Shown in pieces: positions 1 through 17,421 of a stretch of 64,000 nt of DNA. The DNA is from Tubulanus polymorphus. Taxonomy: Eukaryota > Animalia > Nemertea. The translations under genes were made by a program, and so were the position numbers. Numbering within the stretch: position 1 is the stretch's first letter; each line of letters opens with the position of its first letter. Where the stretch lies: contig NC_134030.1 of assembly GCF_964204645.1 (NCBI RefSeq), positions 8,537,122 through 8,601,121 on the forward strand. Reading direction: 5' to 3'. The notes below the pieces were generated by a model. It saw nothing but the letters and a program-made list of their open reading frames with translations. It had not been told where the DNA came from and did not search any database.

Positions 1-249
1 TGATACTCAAGCTACGTAACACCAAAAATTCATTTTTGGTAACACCTAGGACCTAGTTCCGAATTAATTGAGTTTTGGCATTAAAAAGGATGGCGTTCTA
101 ACGAACTTAGACTTTATGTTACTAAAATCCCTATCGAATGCTTTAACCTAGTTTTTCCTCCTGAATAAAGAGTAAACGATAATATCCGCTAACTAATAGA
201 CATCGTGCGAGCCCATATCACTCTCAATAAGTGATCCTTTTTCGATTTA

Positions 250-1332
<1,083 letters not shown>

Positions 1333-1639
1333 CGTCGCCGATTCTCGAGGTCAATCAGAGCATGAAGAAGAACCGGTGATTATGGTGAACCCACAAAAAA
1401 GCTAAGACGAAGTCGGCGTCAGATGACTATTATTTTTGACTGATGATACTGAAAATTGAAAAATAAGAAAATAAATTTAGGTAAAAAATTTAGTAGGAGG
1501 TATACTAAATAAAATCAAATAAGCTCAAGTCAAAGCAAAGGCACACAGGCTATATCCGTCCCATTTGACCTTAGGAAAAAATACAGTTTGGCATTTCTAA
1601 ATTAATTAAGAAGACTCTTATCGAGAATGTGGACAATTA

Positions 1640-2270
1640 CCATGAACAAGACGACTGTCAAGTGTCAGCTGACAGTTTGTTTTGACATAGAAAAAACTAC
1701 TTCCGGGTTTGAAAAAATGACTTCCGCGTACACATAATCTCTTATTCAAAATATATAGAAATGCACTTGTAAAGCAAATATTCAGGAACCATAACCTATT
1801 TTTCCAAAATTCATATACTTTTCAAGGAGAACAAATGTTTTATTGAATTGTAATTTATTTTTTCAATACTCGTGTAAGGAGATTTAGTTATCGCTGGTGG
1901 CATATATTTAACTGTGTTTTCGATCAAATACTTCAACAGTTTAAATTCTTGAATGAAATTATCATAGATTTTTAGACATTACGTCTTGTGATTCCGTGAT
2001 TATTTAGATTTTTACTGATTTCAAATAGTAACCGAGGTCTAATTACAGATATTTTATGGGATTCGAGCCTCCTGCGCTATCAATGACGTCATCGAATGCG
2101 TGCAAGGTAGTATGAAATATCCGAATCCTTTCTGTATTTCCGCATTCGATAACCCGGATGTAAATTGGGAATTTTGAGTCGTCGCTGAATTCGGTGTTTT
2201 TCAGTCGTTTTTGTCCGACAACGTGCGCGTTTTAGTGTTAATAACTGTACGTTGTTGTTTATTTGAATGT
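1640..2270. promoter_or_regulatory. Probable bidirectional promoter of RUNDC3 (-) and SPOP (+)
   Basis: The genes are head-to-head. ETS-type ACTTCCGG at 1699-1706. Candidate 5'UTR donors on - at ~1640 (CATG|GTAATT) and on + at ~2270 (GT|GTAAGT), with an acceptor at 2752 before the SPOP ATG. Confidence 0.5.
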
Positions 2271-2420
2271 GTAAGTTCATCTATAGTAGCGATCTCCGTA
2301 CTCCTACCCTAATTCGCCAAGACAAAAAAGTGTGTACCTTTTCCTGCACCCCAAAACCAACCCCATCCCATCCTCGTCCTCCTCGTCCATCATCATCATG
2401 ACAGACACACCACAAGTGTC

Positions 2421-2595
2421 ATCCTCCCCGGCAGGGATTCAAACCTGATGGCATCAAGATTGCCACGGTACGAAACCCTGCCACACTAGGTCTAGGCCGA
2501 GTCGAGTGTGCAGCTTTATGATGTCATCGTCGGCCAATCAGACTTATCACTATCAGATACTCCGTTTTATTTTATTTTTTGAGCCCAGGTTTTTC
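2421..2595 (-). mobile_element. tRNA-like (SINE-like) repeat, copy 1
   Basis: On - it reads ...CTAGTGTGGCAGGGTTTCGTACCGTGGC...GATGCCATCAGGTTTGAATCCCTGCCGGGGAGGATG (B-box-like GGTTTGAATCCC). Homologous to the copies at 46940-47100 and 47186-47282. Confidence 0.6.
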
Positions 2596-2799
2596 CATTT
2601 ATTGTTCTTCCAAGACATTTACCTCAGCGATTTAAAAAAGAGATGATGATATTTATTTTGTCATTGTCATCATCATCATTTGTGACATTGGGTTAGGCCT
2701 ACATGTAACTAACATGACCTGTATATACATTGGATATTTGATCAATTTTCAGATTGACGTTATAACGACGGCCTAGATATTAATCGGTTAACGAACAAG

Positions 2800-6430
<3,631 letters not shown>

Positions 6431-8108
6431 TAGATGGCGATGCAGTCAACATACGTGTTAGTGTATATAGTGTATATAGCAATCGTCGTTGCCATAGATA
6501 CTGCGGACAATAGTGACATGACAGTGCATAGCAGTAGGGTGGAAACATTTCCGATGAGCGTCCAAATGCCGAACATTTCTCCAGGGGTAGTTAACAGCGA
6601 CCAGTCTCTTCGCGCGTGTTGGTTCTTTGACCAATCTCGCACGGATATGTGAACCTCATTAAATAGATGATCTTACAGTCCCTCTCGGGTTCGGATACGT
6701 GTCCTTTGCATTGTATTGAAGGTATAGCATGTATACTGCCGGCAACCGGTGTCCTAATATCGTAATGAATGTAGTTATAGATTTGAATCTCTTTAAGTGG
6801 AGCGTCATCTCGCAAGCATTTCTGTGGTTTACCGGTACCTTACTACTTGGGATTTTTTACGGTCTCGGCTAGTCGAATACTCCTCGCCGAATGAGATATA
6901 AGTCAGGTGAATTCTTAATATGGAAGTCGAATTGAATGGAGATTAGATGGATTGATTTCATACTGAATTGGCGGAAGAAATTGTGAATCTTCAAACTATA
7001 TATTTTATCATGTGTATTGAATACCGGTATATCGTATTTTTTTTCATTCCAAGTTGTAATACCCTATTGAATATACTACGACGCGACAATCATTTTAGAA
7101 TGTAAGATATAATATTCACGTTAGTGAAATAAGAAGTACCCGCTATGACACCCGCATCTATTCACATTTTGAATTTGATTGATTCTCAATCAAATAAATA
7201 GTCAATGAAATTTTAATTTCTTTGGTTAGGTTTATGGGAAAAATATCATTTACCTCGTAGGTCTGCCAATTTCTGCTAAGTGCCCTAAACAAACAAATGG
7301 ACATTTCAATGAAATAAGGAATGAAATGTCCTTATTAATTCAGTTGTCATGGGGTAAGACTCTTTCAAGCTCGAAATTATCTCACATCTTTAAAGGTTAC
7401 TAATTTTTACGAGATTTGACAATTTCCGCGATTCGTACTGGTCCCAACCTCATTTTGATTCTTAGATTTCATGAATAAATCGACTGAAACCGGATTCATT
7501 CTCGCACTATCTTCCATTTATTATGCATGTTATGACTTTTCAGCAGTATATCAATGAAAATCAAAATAATTTTCTCCATTGTAGATATCATCTTTTGCCA
7601 CTCTATATTGTAAGTGAGCGTATGTTTGTGTCTCGAGTTATTTGTAAATAATTTTTTGTAAATTGTTGAACTAAAATAATCCTATCGAAACTGAAATTGT
7701 GCTGTTGTATATAATAACAATGATAATAATTATAATAATAATAATAATAATATCACAATTTTCATCATTATGAAATTGAATCGTTACTTATTGAGTAAAT
7801 TAATTGTGGTTATCCATGCAGGCAATATTTGTACAGAGTGATAAACATTGGAGCCAATAAATACATTTATACTAGTCATATTATGTCCGTATCATAATTT
7901 TTTAAATTAATCAGTGGAATTTCATTACGAGGACTTTTCGTGATCGTCTAAATTGGGAAAGCACATGGACACACAACTTCCCAGGAGCGATGAAACGAAA
8001 ATTATATGGGTTTTTTAACTTGGATGTGTCTATTTTTTGCTCGAGCCCGCAAAAAGTCACACCAGCCTGTGCTGCCCTCTCACGACTCCGGAACGCATAC
8101 GTGGCAAA

Positions 8109-11100
8109 ATGGCGGCTTGCTATCGGAACACGTTACTGCTTGTTTTCGTTTGTATTTCGGTGAGTATCTTTTTATGAACTTGTTTGACAAATGTTTTAGA
8201 AGTAATTTTCACCTGATCTCCACGTTTTGAATGGTTTCGTGCTTTTTACTGGAGCAGACATTAATCAGTTCGCGGTTTATCGGCGTCCGAAATTAAGAGC
8301 AGATGATGCATTGGCTAGTCTGTGTCCACAACGTTCGACGATTTGACAATCTACATCTAAATGGGATACTGCATCTGAACCGCGATCGCCTGTATTACGA
8401 TTTAGGGGGAAGGTGGTGTGATTAGGTGGTGCGTACTGAGGCAGCAGAACATATCCCATGGATCATCTCCTGACTAATGTTGTTCCAGTCCACAACTTGT
8501 CAATGTCAACTGTTCTCGGGAAGAAGGAATCTACAATCTACCTTTCCGGTCTCAAACACTAAAACCTTATCCGTTGTTAACACTTCTACCTCACCCCTTA
8601 AAGAAGAACAATATTTACTGGTCTAATCGCATTTTAGGTCACCTTTCCATTGTGTAGCGCTAAAGAAAAGTGTTAAGCCTTATGGTTAAGTGCATCCACT
8701 GTTGGAAATTGATAGGGACACCTTAAGTGCAGTCATTCCATGAACCAACTTTGACATACCCTATATTCTGCTTACGGTAAATTTTCACTTGCTGTGTTCA
8801 CAATGATGTCATTTTGGATATTTTCAGGTGTTCATTCCACTACGAACGGCTAAGAAAGAGCCAGATGTCACTGAGGAAATTCAGGATTGGAAGGTTTTTA
8901 AAAAGCTGCTGAAAACGCGCAATAATGTTCTAGTTGCATGCGCCAAATCAGGTTTGTATTGATTTGACAAAATCTTGCTCGTCTTAAATTCATTCAATTC
9001 ATCAGATAAATGATTGTCTCAGAACTTGGCTGAATTTGTATTATAGTGGTATTTTATTTCAAAGTCCGCTGTGTTCTGATCGACTGCTGTTCACAAGAGT
9101 AAGTCTGTCGAATTCAAACTGCTTCAATTCCCTTCCAGGAAAGGCAGTTTCGGATATCCGTCCAGTATTAAAGACTGTCGCATTTGAAATGCGTGGTAAA
9201 GCTACTATAGCCGTAATAGATTGCAGGTTAGTTGCATAAAGTTATGTAAGTTGTAGACCTACCCAGTTCCGCTTCATGCCTGGACATTAGTTCATTTTCA
9301 CAATCCAAATAGGCCCCACTGCTGGTAGTACAACCTGACTTTGCCTAATGATAGCTTTGCGAATCATTCTTGCACTATGAATTCAGATGAGTGATTCTGA
9401 TAGAAGAAACGTTTTGGCCCACACCATTGTTGTATTCTGTTGATTTATCATTTTCTTCGATGATGAATATTGTTTATTTTTCAGCAACAATGACGCGAAA
9501 AAAATTTGTAAGAAAATAAAGGCGCGGCCATCGCTATCAATTTTAAAACATTATAAGTAAGTTTTTGCCCAATTCTCTGTTGCTCTTAGAAACGACTTTA
9601 GAATATCGAGCTGATTTCATTCCGCATGAATTTGAGTTGGACCAACTAAAATTCATTTGGAATGAATTAACCCAACTTAGTTGGTTCGTTCTCGAGTCCA
9701 CATGTTGGAAGCATCTGTTCGAGTCGCTTTAAGTCAAATCAACGTCTATTCTAGATCTATAAAACAGCTGTGTTTGTTCTGTGGCTATTTAGATAAATTC
9801 AATCAACTGCTTGATTTATGACAATATTGCATAGTAGAAATATCAACTAATTTTCGATTGACTTCGCCGTATTTGCGATATTGATCATAAGTTAACTTCA
9901 ATGAGATTTTTCCATTCATTTATCGAATTTATTCATTAAATCTACTGGAATTTGATGCCCTTCAATTATTCTGTAAACATGGGGTTTTCATTAATCATGT
10001 TAGGTTTTTCTGCTAATGATTAGAAACATAGAAAATACATACATATGTAATGAATGACAGGGGAAAATCAGGGAATTTAGGATTTCAGATTCCCTGTAGG
10101 GAAATCAGGGAGTTTGTGGACTCGTGGAAATTAATATCAGGGAATTCTGAGATTATTTCTTGGACTTTAACCATTAGATGTCATGCATAGGCATATTCGA
10201 TGGTGCAATAAAACCATATGTCATAATGATTTTTTGCATTTAAATTTTGGGTTTGGCATTCTCGTTCAATTTGGAGTTTTAGATTTGCTTGATATTGTTC
10301 ATTATTGGTGTTTTGATGATTATTCTAGGGATGGTAAATTCCATAAAGACTATGACAGGCAGTTGACAGTGTCGGTAAGTGCATCCAAGTATAATTAACT
10401 ATTTTCCAAAAGCGGTGAGACTTACTGGTACTCGTACTGCTATCGTTTTTCTGCTATTTCAGTCGATGAAAAACTTCCTGATGGATCCAACCGGTGATAT
10501 TCCGTGGTCGGAAGATCCGCTCGCGGAACACGTTGTTCATATAGAAAATCCAAAAGGATTGATGAAATTTTTCAAAAAAGAACGTCGCCCGACGATTATC
10601 ATGTTTTACGCACCGTGTAGGTCGAGAACGTGACTATCTTTGAAAACTTGAAAAATGGGCAACAAATCCATGCTCTTCGTTTATGTATCTTTAAACCATT
10701 CGTTTTAGGGTGCGGATATTGTAAGCGTTTGAAGCCCGATTTTTCAATGGCAGCAACAGAGGCTCGCGCCAATGCTGTGAGTAGCACTTGTGTCATAACC
10801 TAGATAAAAGTGGTGCGGCACTATTGTTTCAATTGTTCCTACTTTTCGAATTTATTTCATGTAGGTTTTTGTTGGAATGGATGTCGATAAGCCGGAGAAC
10901 GCCATTATCAAGGAACAATTCAACATCACTGGCTTCCCGACGCTATATTATTTTGAGTAAGAAAAATTCCCTTTCCATTCGACTGATTCCGTGTTTTAAC
11001 TCGCGATCAGTTGATCAATCGATAATTCATGGCTAGCAGTGTATGTTTAAAAGCGTCTATTTATCGTTTATCCTATCGTGAACAGAAGTGGGCAGCTTAA

Positions 11101-14100
11101 ATTTAGATATGGAGGCGAAAACAGTAAAGAAGGATTTCTCAATTATCTAAAAGAGTAAGATATGATATCAAAACTTGATGATTGAAAATATATAGGTATC
11201 ATTAAGACAGGCAGCTTTAGTTGAGAATGATTCTCGTTTCTAGTCCGCATCCGCCAAAGGTTAAGGAAAAGGAAAAAGAATGGTCTGAAGAAGAAACCGA
11301 TATAGCTCACTTGAAAACCGATGATTTCGATGATTTCATCAAAGAACATCCATCAGTATTAGTCATGTTCTATGCACCTTGTAAGTAGCCAGAGGAATAG
11401 CCAGAATTCAAACTAGTGGTTTATCAAAAACTGAAAACATTTCTGTTTCAAGAACCTGGATTGTAATGGTATTCTTAACGTTTAGGGTGTGGCCATTGTA
11501 AATCAATGAAGCCGGATTATGCCTTAGCCGCCACAGAAGTAAAAGATCAAGAGGTAGTACCATATCCGTGTGCTAAAAATAATTTTGTCATCCGTTCTCA
11601 GTTGGATAGTAGCCATACATTCCATTGATTTTATAGCTAGGCGTGCTTGCTGCAATCGACGCTACAAAAGAAAATGCTTTACAAAGTCGATTTGAAGTAA
11701 AGGGATTTCCGACAGTAAAATATTTCAAGTGAGCGGACAATATTGGAATTCAAAAAGTAAGTGAACATGCATGACAGTTGCTTGGTTCATTTCTAATGGA
11801 TTCGTTTTTCAGAGATGGAGAATATGCATTTGATTTTAATGAACGCACAAAGGAAAAGATAATTAGTTTCATGAAAGAGTGAGTATTAGTTTACCATTTT
11901 AGTGTTTGAGACTACGACTATAATCATCAATAAAGTACTCCGTGTACGCATGTACTCCAGGATGCATCTTTGTACAGTATTGTTATATGTTAATGACTGT
12001 CTACGTTATATTTTAGTCCTCAAAAGCCCCCTCCACCACCAGCTCCAGAGCCAGAATGGGCAGAAACGGAAAGTGAAGTTATGCATTTGACTGATGAAAC
12101 ATTTAAACCTACTTTGAAACGAAAAAAGCACGGACTTGTTATGTTCTATGCACCATGTAGGTTGTTGTCAACAAGCTTTCCGGTATCCGGGACTATCGTG
12201 AATTGCATTACATGATTGTGATTCTTTCTTCCAAAAGGGTGTGGGCATTGTAAGAAGGCAAAACCAGAGTTTACCAGTGCCGCCGAGAGCTTTAAAGATA
12301 ACGTCAAAGCAGTGTTTGCTGCAGTCGACTGCACTAAACACAAGGCAACTTGCGAAGCATTTGAAGTCTCGGGCTATCCGACCATCAAATATTTTAACTA
12401 CGGAAAAGAAATGAAGAAGTATACGGAAGGTCGAGAGGTATTGCTTGATTATTATTATGAGAACTATGATCCCCATTTTGCAAAACAGAACTGTTTCTTT
12501 TATGCTATTCTATTAAAAGACCATTCGCTAATTGGAAGGCCCCACATAAACCACCTGAGCTACGATTATTCATCTGAATACCTGCGACCCAAATTAACGA
12601 AACTTATTCAATAGTATATTACGCTTTATTTTCCGTTCTGTAGAAAGAAGATTTCATCGCGTTTATGACAGATCCAGAAAATCCTCAGAAGCCGGAAAAG
12701 AAGACACCGTCTGCGCAGGAACAGTGGGCTGGACTCGCTGGATCTGAGCACCTGCATCACCCTCAAACAACCAGCGAATTTGACGAATTGATAAATACCC
12801 ACAAATCAGTGCTTGTGATGTTCTATGCACCATGTAAGTACTTACTTTCATCTCTCGTTCCATTGTAAATGAAAATAGCTACGTACGTATGTCACTTGTA
12901 TTGTTTAGTCTTACTTAATAGCGATACACTTGTTTCGACTTCAAATACTTAAGCATTTTGACTACTTGACTGTTCAATTAACGTCGCTATGTCTCATATT
13001 TCAGGGTGTGGACACTGTAAAAAAATGAAACCTGCTTACGCCAATGCTGCCGATATTCTAAAAAAGAATAATGTGCGTATAAACATGATGAATGAATAAA
13101 GGAATGGTATTTTTGCTACAGTTGGTAAAGCTACTGTAATGTGTATCATACTCTGACACTACTGCCAAGTGGTTATTGATTGTATTCTCCCTTCTATTAA
13201 ACTTTCAGGTAAATAGTATTTTAGTTGGAGTGGATGCAACAGTCCTTAATGATTTAGCCTCGCAATACCAAGTCAAAGGATATCCCACTTGTAGGTTTTG
13301 CTGATCAACATTGGCTTAAAGACAAAATTCAATTCAGGCATTCTATGCTCAGAGGACAGTTAATACATATGATTTTGTTTTTAGTGAAATACTTCGAAGA
13401 TGGTAAAGAAATGGAAAATTATGATGGTGGAAGGGCCAAAGATGATCTGGTGGCGTATATGACAAGGTATGGAATATGTGGATTGTATGGATGACTGTTG
13501 TCTCTTAAAATATCTATATATTTACTAGGAAATGATTGAATTAATTCTTGATTATATTCCTACAGTAAAACAAAACAGCAACCTGACAACAGTGAGGCTG
13601 AAAAAGAAGCCGAAGAAAAGAGAATTGCTGAAGAGGAAAACAGAAAGAAGGCTGAGGAAGCCAGGAAAGCTGAAGAAGAAAGTAAGGCTGAGGAGAAGAG
13701 GAAAGCTGAGGAAAGGAGAAAAGCCGAAGAAAAGAGAAAGGCTGAGGAAAAAAGAAAGGATGTGGAAAAGAAAAAAGCTGAGGAAAAGAGAAAGGCTGAA
13801 GAAAAGCGAAACGCTGAAGAGAAGAGAAAAGCTGATGAAAAGAGAAAGGCTGAAGAAAAGAGAAAGAATAAGGAAAAGAGAAAAGCTGAAGAAAAGAGGA
13901 AGAATGAGGAAAAGAGAAAGGCTGAAGAAAAGAGGAAGAATGAGGAAAAGAGACAGGCTGAAGAAAAGAGGAAGAATGAGGAAAAGAGACAGGCTGAAGA
14001 AAAGAGAAAAGCTGAAGAAAAAAGGAAGAATGAGGAAAAGAGAAAGGCTGAAGAAAAGAGGAAGAATGAGGAAAAGAGACAGGCTGAAGAAAGGAGAAAG

Positions 14101-14574
14101 GCTGAAGAAAAGAGAAAAGCTGAAGAAAAGAGAAAGAATGAGGAAAAGAGACAGGCTGAAGAAAAGAGAAAAGCTGAAGAAAAGAGGAAGAATGAGGAAA
14201 AGAGAAAGGCTGAAGAAAAGAGGAAGAATGAGGAAAAGAGACAGGCTGAAGAAAGGAGAAAGGCTGAAGAAAAGAGAAAAGCTGAAGAAAAGAGGAAGAA
14301 TGAGGAAAAGAGACAGGCTGAAGAAAAGAGAAAAGGTGAAGAAAAGAGGAAGAATGAGGAAAAGAGACAGGCTGAAGAAAAGAGGAAGAATGAGGAAAAG
14401 ACAAAGGCTGAAGAAAAGAGGAAGAATGAGGAAAAGAGACAGGCTGAAGAAAAGAGGAAAGCTGAGGAGAAAAGAAAATTAGAGGAAAAAAAGAAGGCTG
14501 ACAGCAATAAAAAATCTGATAGCAAAACTACCAGAGATAAAAAAGAAAATATTCACAAAAAACAAGAGTTATGA
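8109..14574 (+). CDS. PDIA5: Protein disulfide-isomerase A5 (PDIR) with four catalytic thioredoxin domains and a long E/K/R repeat tail ending KQEL
   Basis: 20 exons: 8109-8159, 8828-8951, 9139-9226, 9485-9556, 10329-10374, 10463-10616, 10709-10776, 10865-10956, 11086-11154, 11244-11380, 11486-11553, 11637-11728, 11813-11878, 12017-12156, 12238-12437, 12644-12833, 13005-13072, 13209-13290, 13385-13466, 13566-14574. Signal peptide; PDIR b-domain motifs FKKLLKTRNNVLV, HYKDGKFHKDYDR and FLMDPTGDIPWSED; active sites MFYAPWCGYC, then WCGHC three times; C-terminal KQEL. Confidence 0.95.
13684..14495 (+). repeat. Coding 18-bp minisatellite, about 45 units of (A/N)EEKR(K/Q)
   Basis: Units such as GCTGAAGAAAAGAGAAAG and AATGAGGAAAAGAGACAG. 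The variant GAAAGGAGAAAG recurs at 14089 and 14251, giving a 162-bp higher-order repeat. Confidence 0.95.
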
Positions 14575-14853
14575 GGTCATTCCTTTCTTTTGTATGAGAA
14601 TGAGAATTTAGGTACTAATTTTATATTCCAGTGTTTTAAGTCTTGCTGTCATAAAGGTGTCTAGAGTGAGTGTACTACGACAGTCAAGTCCATTCAAATG
14701 GATTGTTGAATTATTAAACCATGCTGGTAGATTTGTGTGTTTTGGTAGATGTGAGTTTTCTAATAATGTAGATATTATTCATTTATATTGGATATGGTTA
14801 ATCACTCAATTCATCCAGAATTTCTGAGCTTGACTGTCGTTTATCTCTTCAGG

Positions 14854-14916
14854 TAGTCTAGTACCTAGCCGTCGTTCGTTGTAGGGAACCGGTAACAACG
14901 ACTGGTATTCAGACTA
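14854..14916. mobile_element. 63-bp MITE (TA-flanked, imperfect TIRs), copy 1 of 3
   Basis: TAGTCTAGTACCTAGCCGTCGTT...AACAACGACTGGTATTCAGACTA. Other copies at 23208-23277 (inverted) and 26836-26896. Confidence 0.7.
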
Positions 14917-15158
14917 CTCTTAATAATACGCTTTAGAACGTAATGACATATCACTCAGCATTCCTCCCTCTGTCATTTTGTTAAGCACAGAAGTGATATT
15001 TCCTATTAGCTGTCTTTGCTTTTATTTTGTTTGTATGAGCGTGAATTATTTTGTTCAAATGTTGCCATATGTGAAGAGAATTGATAATTTTTCGTGCTCT
15101 GTATGACTAAGAACTCCATTGATCCTGGCCGAGTAGGATATTTAGGTATAGTACGTTA

Positions 15159-15311
15159 TACAGTGCAACTTATTATAACGAACTCGGATACAACGATTTT
15201 TCGGATATAACAAATATAGAATTTCGTCCCAAGTTATAAAATTTAATTTCATACTGGGCTATCGGTTATAACGAACATATTTTCTGGTCGCTGTAACGAG
15301 GTTCCACAGTA
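15159..15311. mobile_element. Degenerate Tc1/mariner/pogo-type MITE
   Basis: TA-CAGTGCAACTTATTATAACG at the left end and GTAACGAGGTTCCACAG-TA at the right end, with repeated internal TATAAC/GATATAAC motifs. Confidence 0.55.
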
Positions 15312-16693
15312 AAGCTGTAAGATTCAAATTGTTTGAACAAAAATACAATAAAACAACGAACTCGTTGGTATGCGATATTTGTGATAGAAAAACCAGTACC
15401 GCTTATAAACTTGTACATATTTGGAAAAGAGACATTTGTTTTTTTTTGGTAAAAATAATTTTTTCGGTCTACTTAAAATAATGATGCACATTTTCGTATT
15501 CTCCGGGTCGTGTGTCTATTTTACACTGCTATTTTTTTAAAGTTTTTGTTACGGATAGTAACCTAGGATAATTTTGGTCAGCTTCACTGAAGCTATTGCA
15601 GTATTTTAGTGTTGGTTAATTATTTCCGCATTGAGTTACCATAGTTGAATGAACTCGGCTCTTGTGCTATTGTTTTAATTAAGCGTATTTTTCCAACGTC
15701 TGGTACATACATTTTTTCACATGCCGACAGCATTTTAGAGCTGCAATCTTATTTTTTCCTAGTTTCCGAATGTTTCTGTAACTGTCAATTTTTACGATAC
15801 TGCCTTAATTTATAGTTTATCCCAGGATTTCTTAAAAACTTGTTTTCTCATAATAAAAGATTTAATTAACCATATATTAAAAGCATGGCTTGGTATATCT
15901 TTATTTTCAATTCCAAACGATAATCGGGATTTGTTGGTGCAGGTGTATAGCCCAAGACATGGATTTTGGATCTTGGTCGCCCGCCAAACGGATCACTGTG
16001 GCTTAATTCTATACGACTCAATACTTGTTTGAGTTAGGCCAACCGATTGTCTCTTTTTTAGCAAAACTCTCTTATCGTATCAATTGGATTATTTATACTC
16101 GGAATTAATCAGATAATTTTTTACTTTTTTCCTAAGTTCCATGCGAAAAAAAACTTAATGTAAAATGCAAACACCTGTTGCCCTCTCCATCAACAAAAAC
16201 AGAATTACACAGAAAGAAATTTACTCTTAAAACTAATTCTTTATTAAAAAGAATTACAGTTGAGTCATTTCAATGCTGTAATAAGAGTCTAGAGATTTTC
16301 TCCGAAACCGGCCCGCCAATGGGTAAATAGTTTATCCACTCCGGGTGTTCAAGCAAAAGACTCTGGCAAGCGAATATTATGTTAGTTCACGTTTTCCCCG
16401 CTACCCTTATCGTTAGGGGCAGCACGAGAGAGTCGAGATCGTTGTTTTTACTGTGGCGGGCGAATTTTCCCAATCGCCAGGCCGGCAATATTCCATCAAC
16501 GCTAATGCTTTTATCTAATTAAAGAAATTGTATTAATTGATCAATACTTTGATGCCACTATCTAAATAGAAATGATTTCTATTTGTTTTATATATTTTTG
16601 AGTAAGATACGAATTAAGACCTGGGGGCTAGTCTTTCCGGCACTATGTTCTCGCACTATATGCCGTTTGCTTGAAATGATGAGCAGTTAGTTA

Positions 16694-16900
16694 TGTGATG
16701 GAGTGACTATCACCACAGAGAGTTGACCAGATCCGAAGGAGTAAAGTCGAAGAGCGTGTTGTATTTTGTGAATCTAAACAGCATCTGACTTTATTACTAC
16801 AGTATAGGGTTACAGTACACATGGCGCGAAACAGCAACCAATCATATAAGAGAGACATCAACGAATCATATAAGAGAACCAACACATGTCGTTCTCGACA
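16694..16900 (-). repeat. 3' LTR (207 bp)
   Basis: Identical to the 5' LTR except that it lacks a 5-bp TAGTA. Preceded on - by GCCCCCGGAG at the PPT position. Confidence 0.97.
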
Positions 16901-17421
16901 CTCCGGGGGCGGCGGTAAGCGCCGAATTTGAAAGTTTACTCTAAGATAACATGTATCGCATTAAATTGAAAGATATTAATAATCACTATACTAAGTAATA
17001 GTTTCACGTATGAAATTGAATCGCCATAAGGGCTAGAAATAGGGACATTGCGTTGTGTTGAATAAATGAGTACATAAAGAATATTATATCTATAGAAAGC
17101 AAGTTAACATCGTATCGAATAACATTTAAATTCATTAATCCGCTTTATAGTAATAATAAGTAATTCCCAACACCAAGAGTGATTAAACGATATTTCAAGT
17201 CCTTTCTGGTAAAGAAAAGTTTCGAAGCGAACGCGTTATTTGTTTAAGATCGGAAACGATTAAAGTTCAGAAAACGCGTAAAAACGATAACGTGTTAGAC
17301 CTCGCGGCCGACGAAGAATTTAACGTAAACACGCATGCAGAATCACGTGATGTAAACATAGTCGAGTAAAATGGCAATAATAGCCTACGCATCGGTTTCA
17401 TACATATAATCCAGACAGAGT

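Noticed and set aside
13532-14525. Overlapping 287-321 aa ORFs (K/R-rich on +; F/S/L-rich on -)
   Set aside because: Alternative-frame and antisense shadows of the 18-bp repeat. Only the EEKRK frame splices to PDIA5 and ends in KQEL.
16901-17421. Possible env-like gene in the BEL element
   Set aside because: About 520 bp of AT-rich sequence with no ORF.
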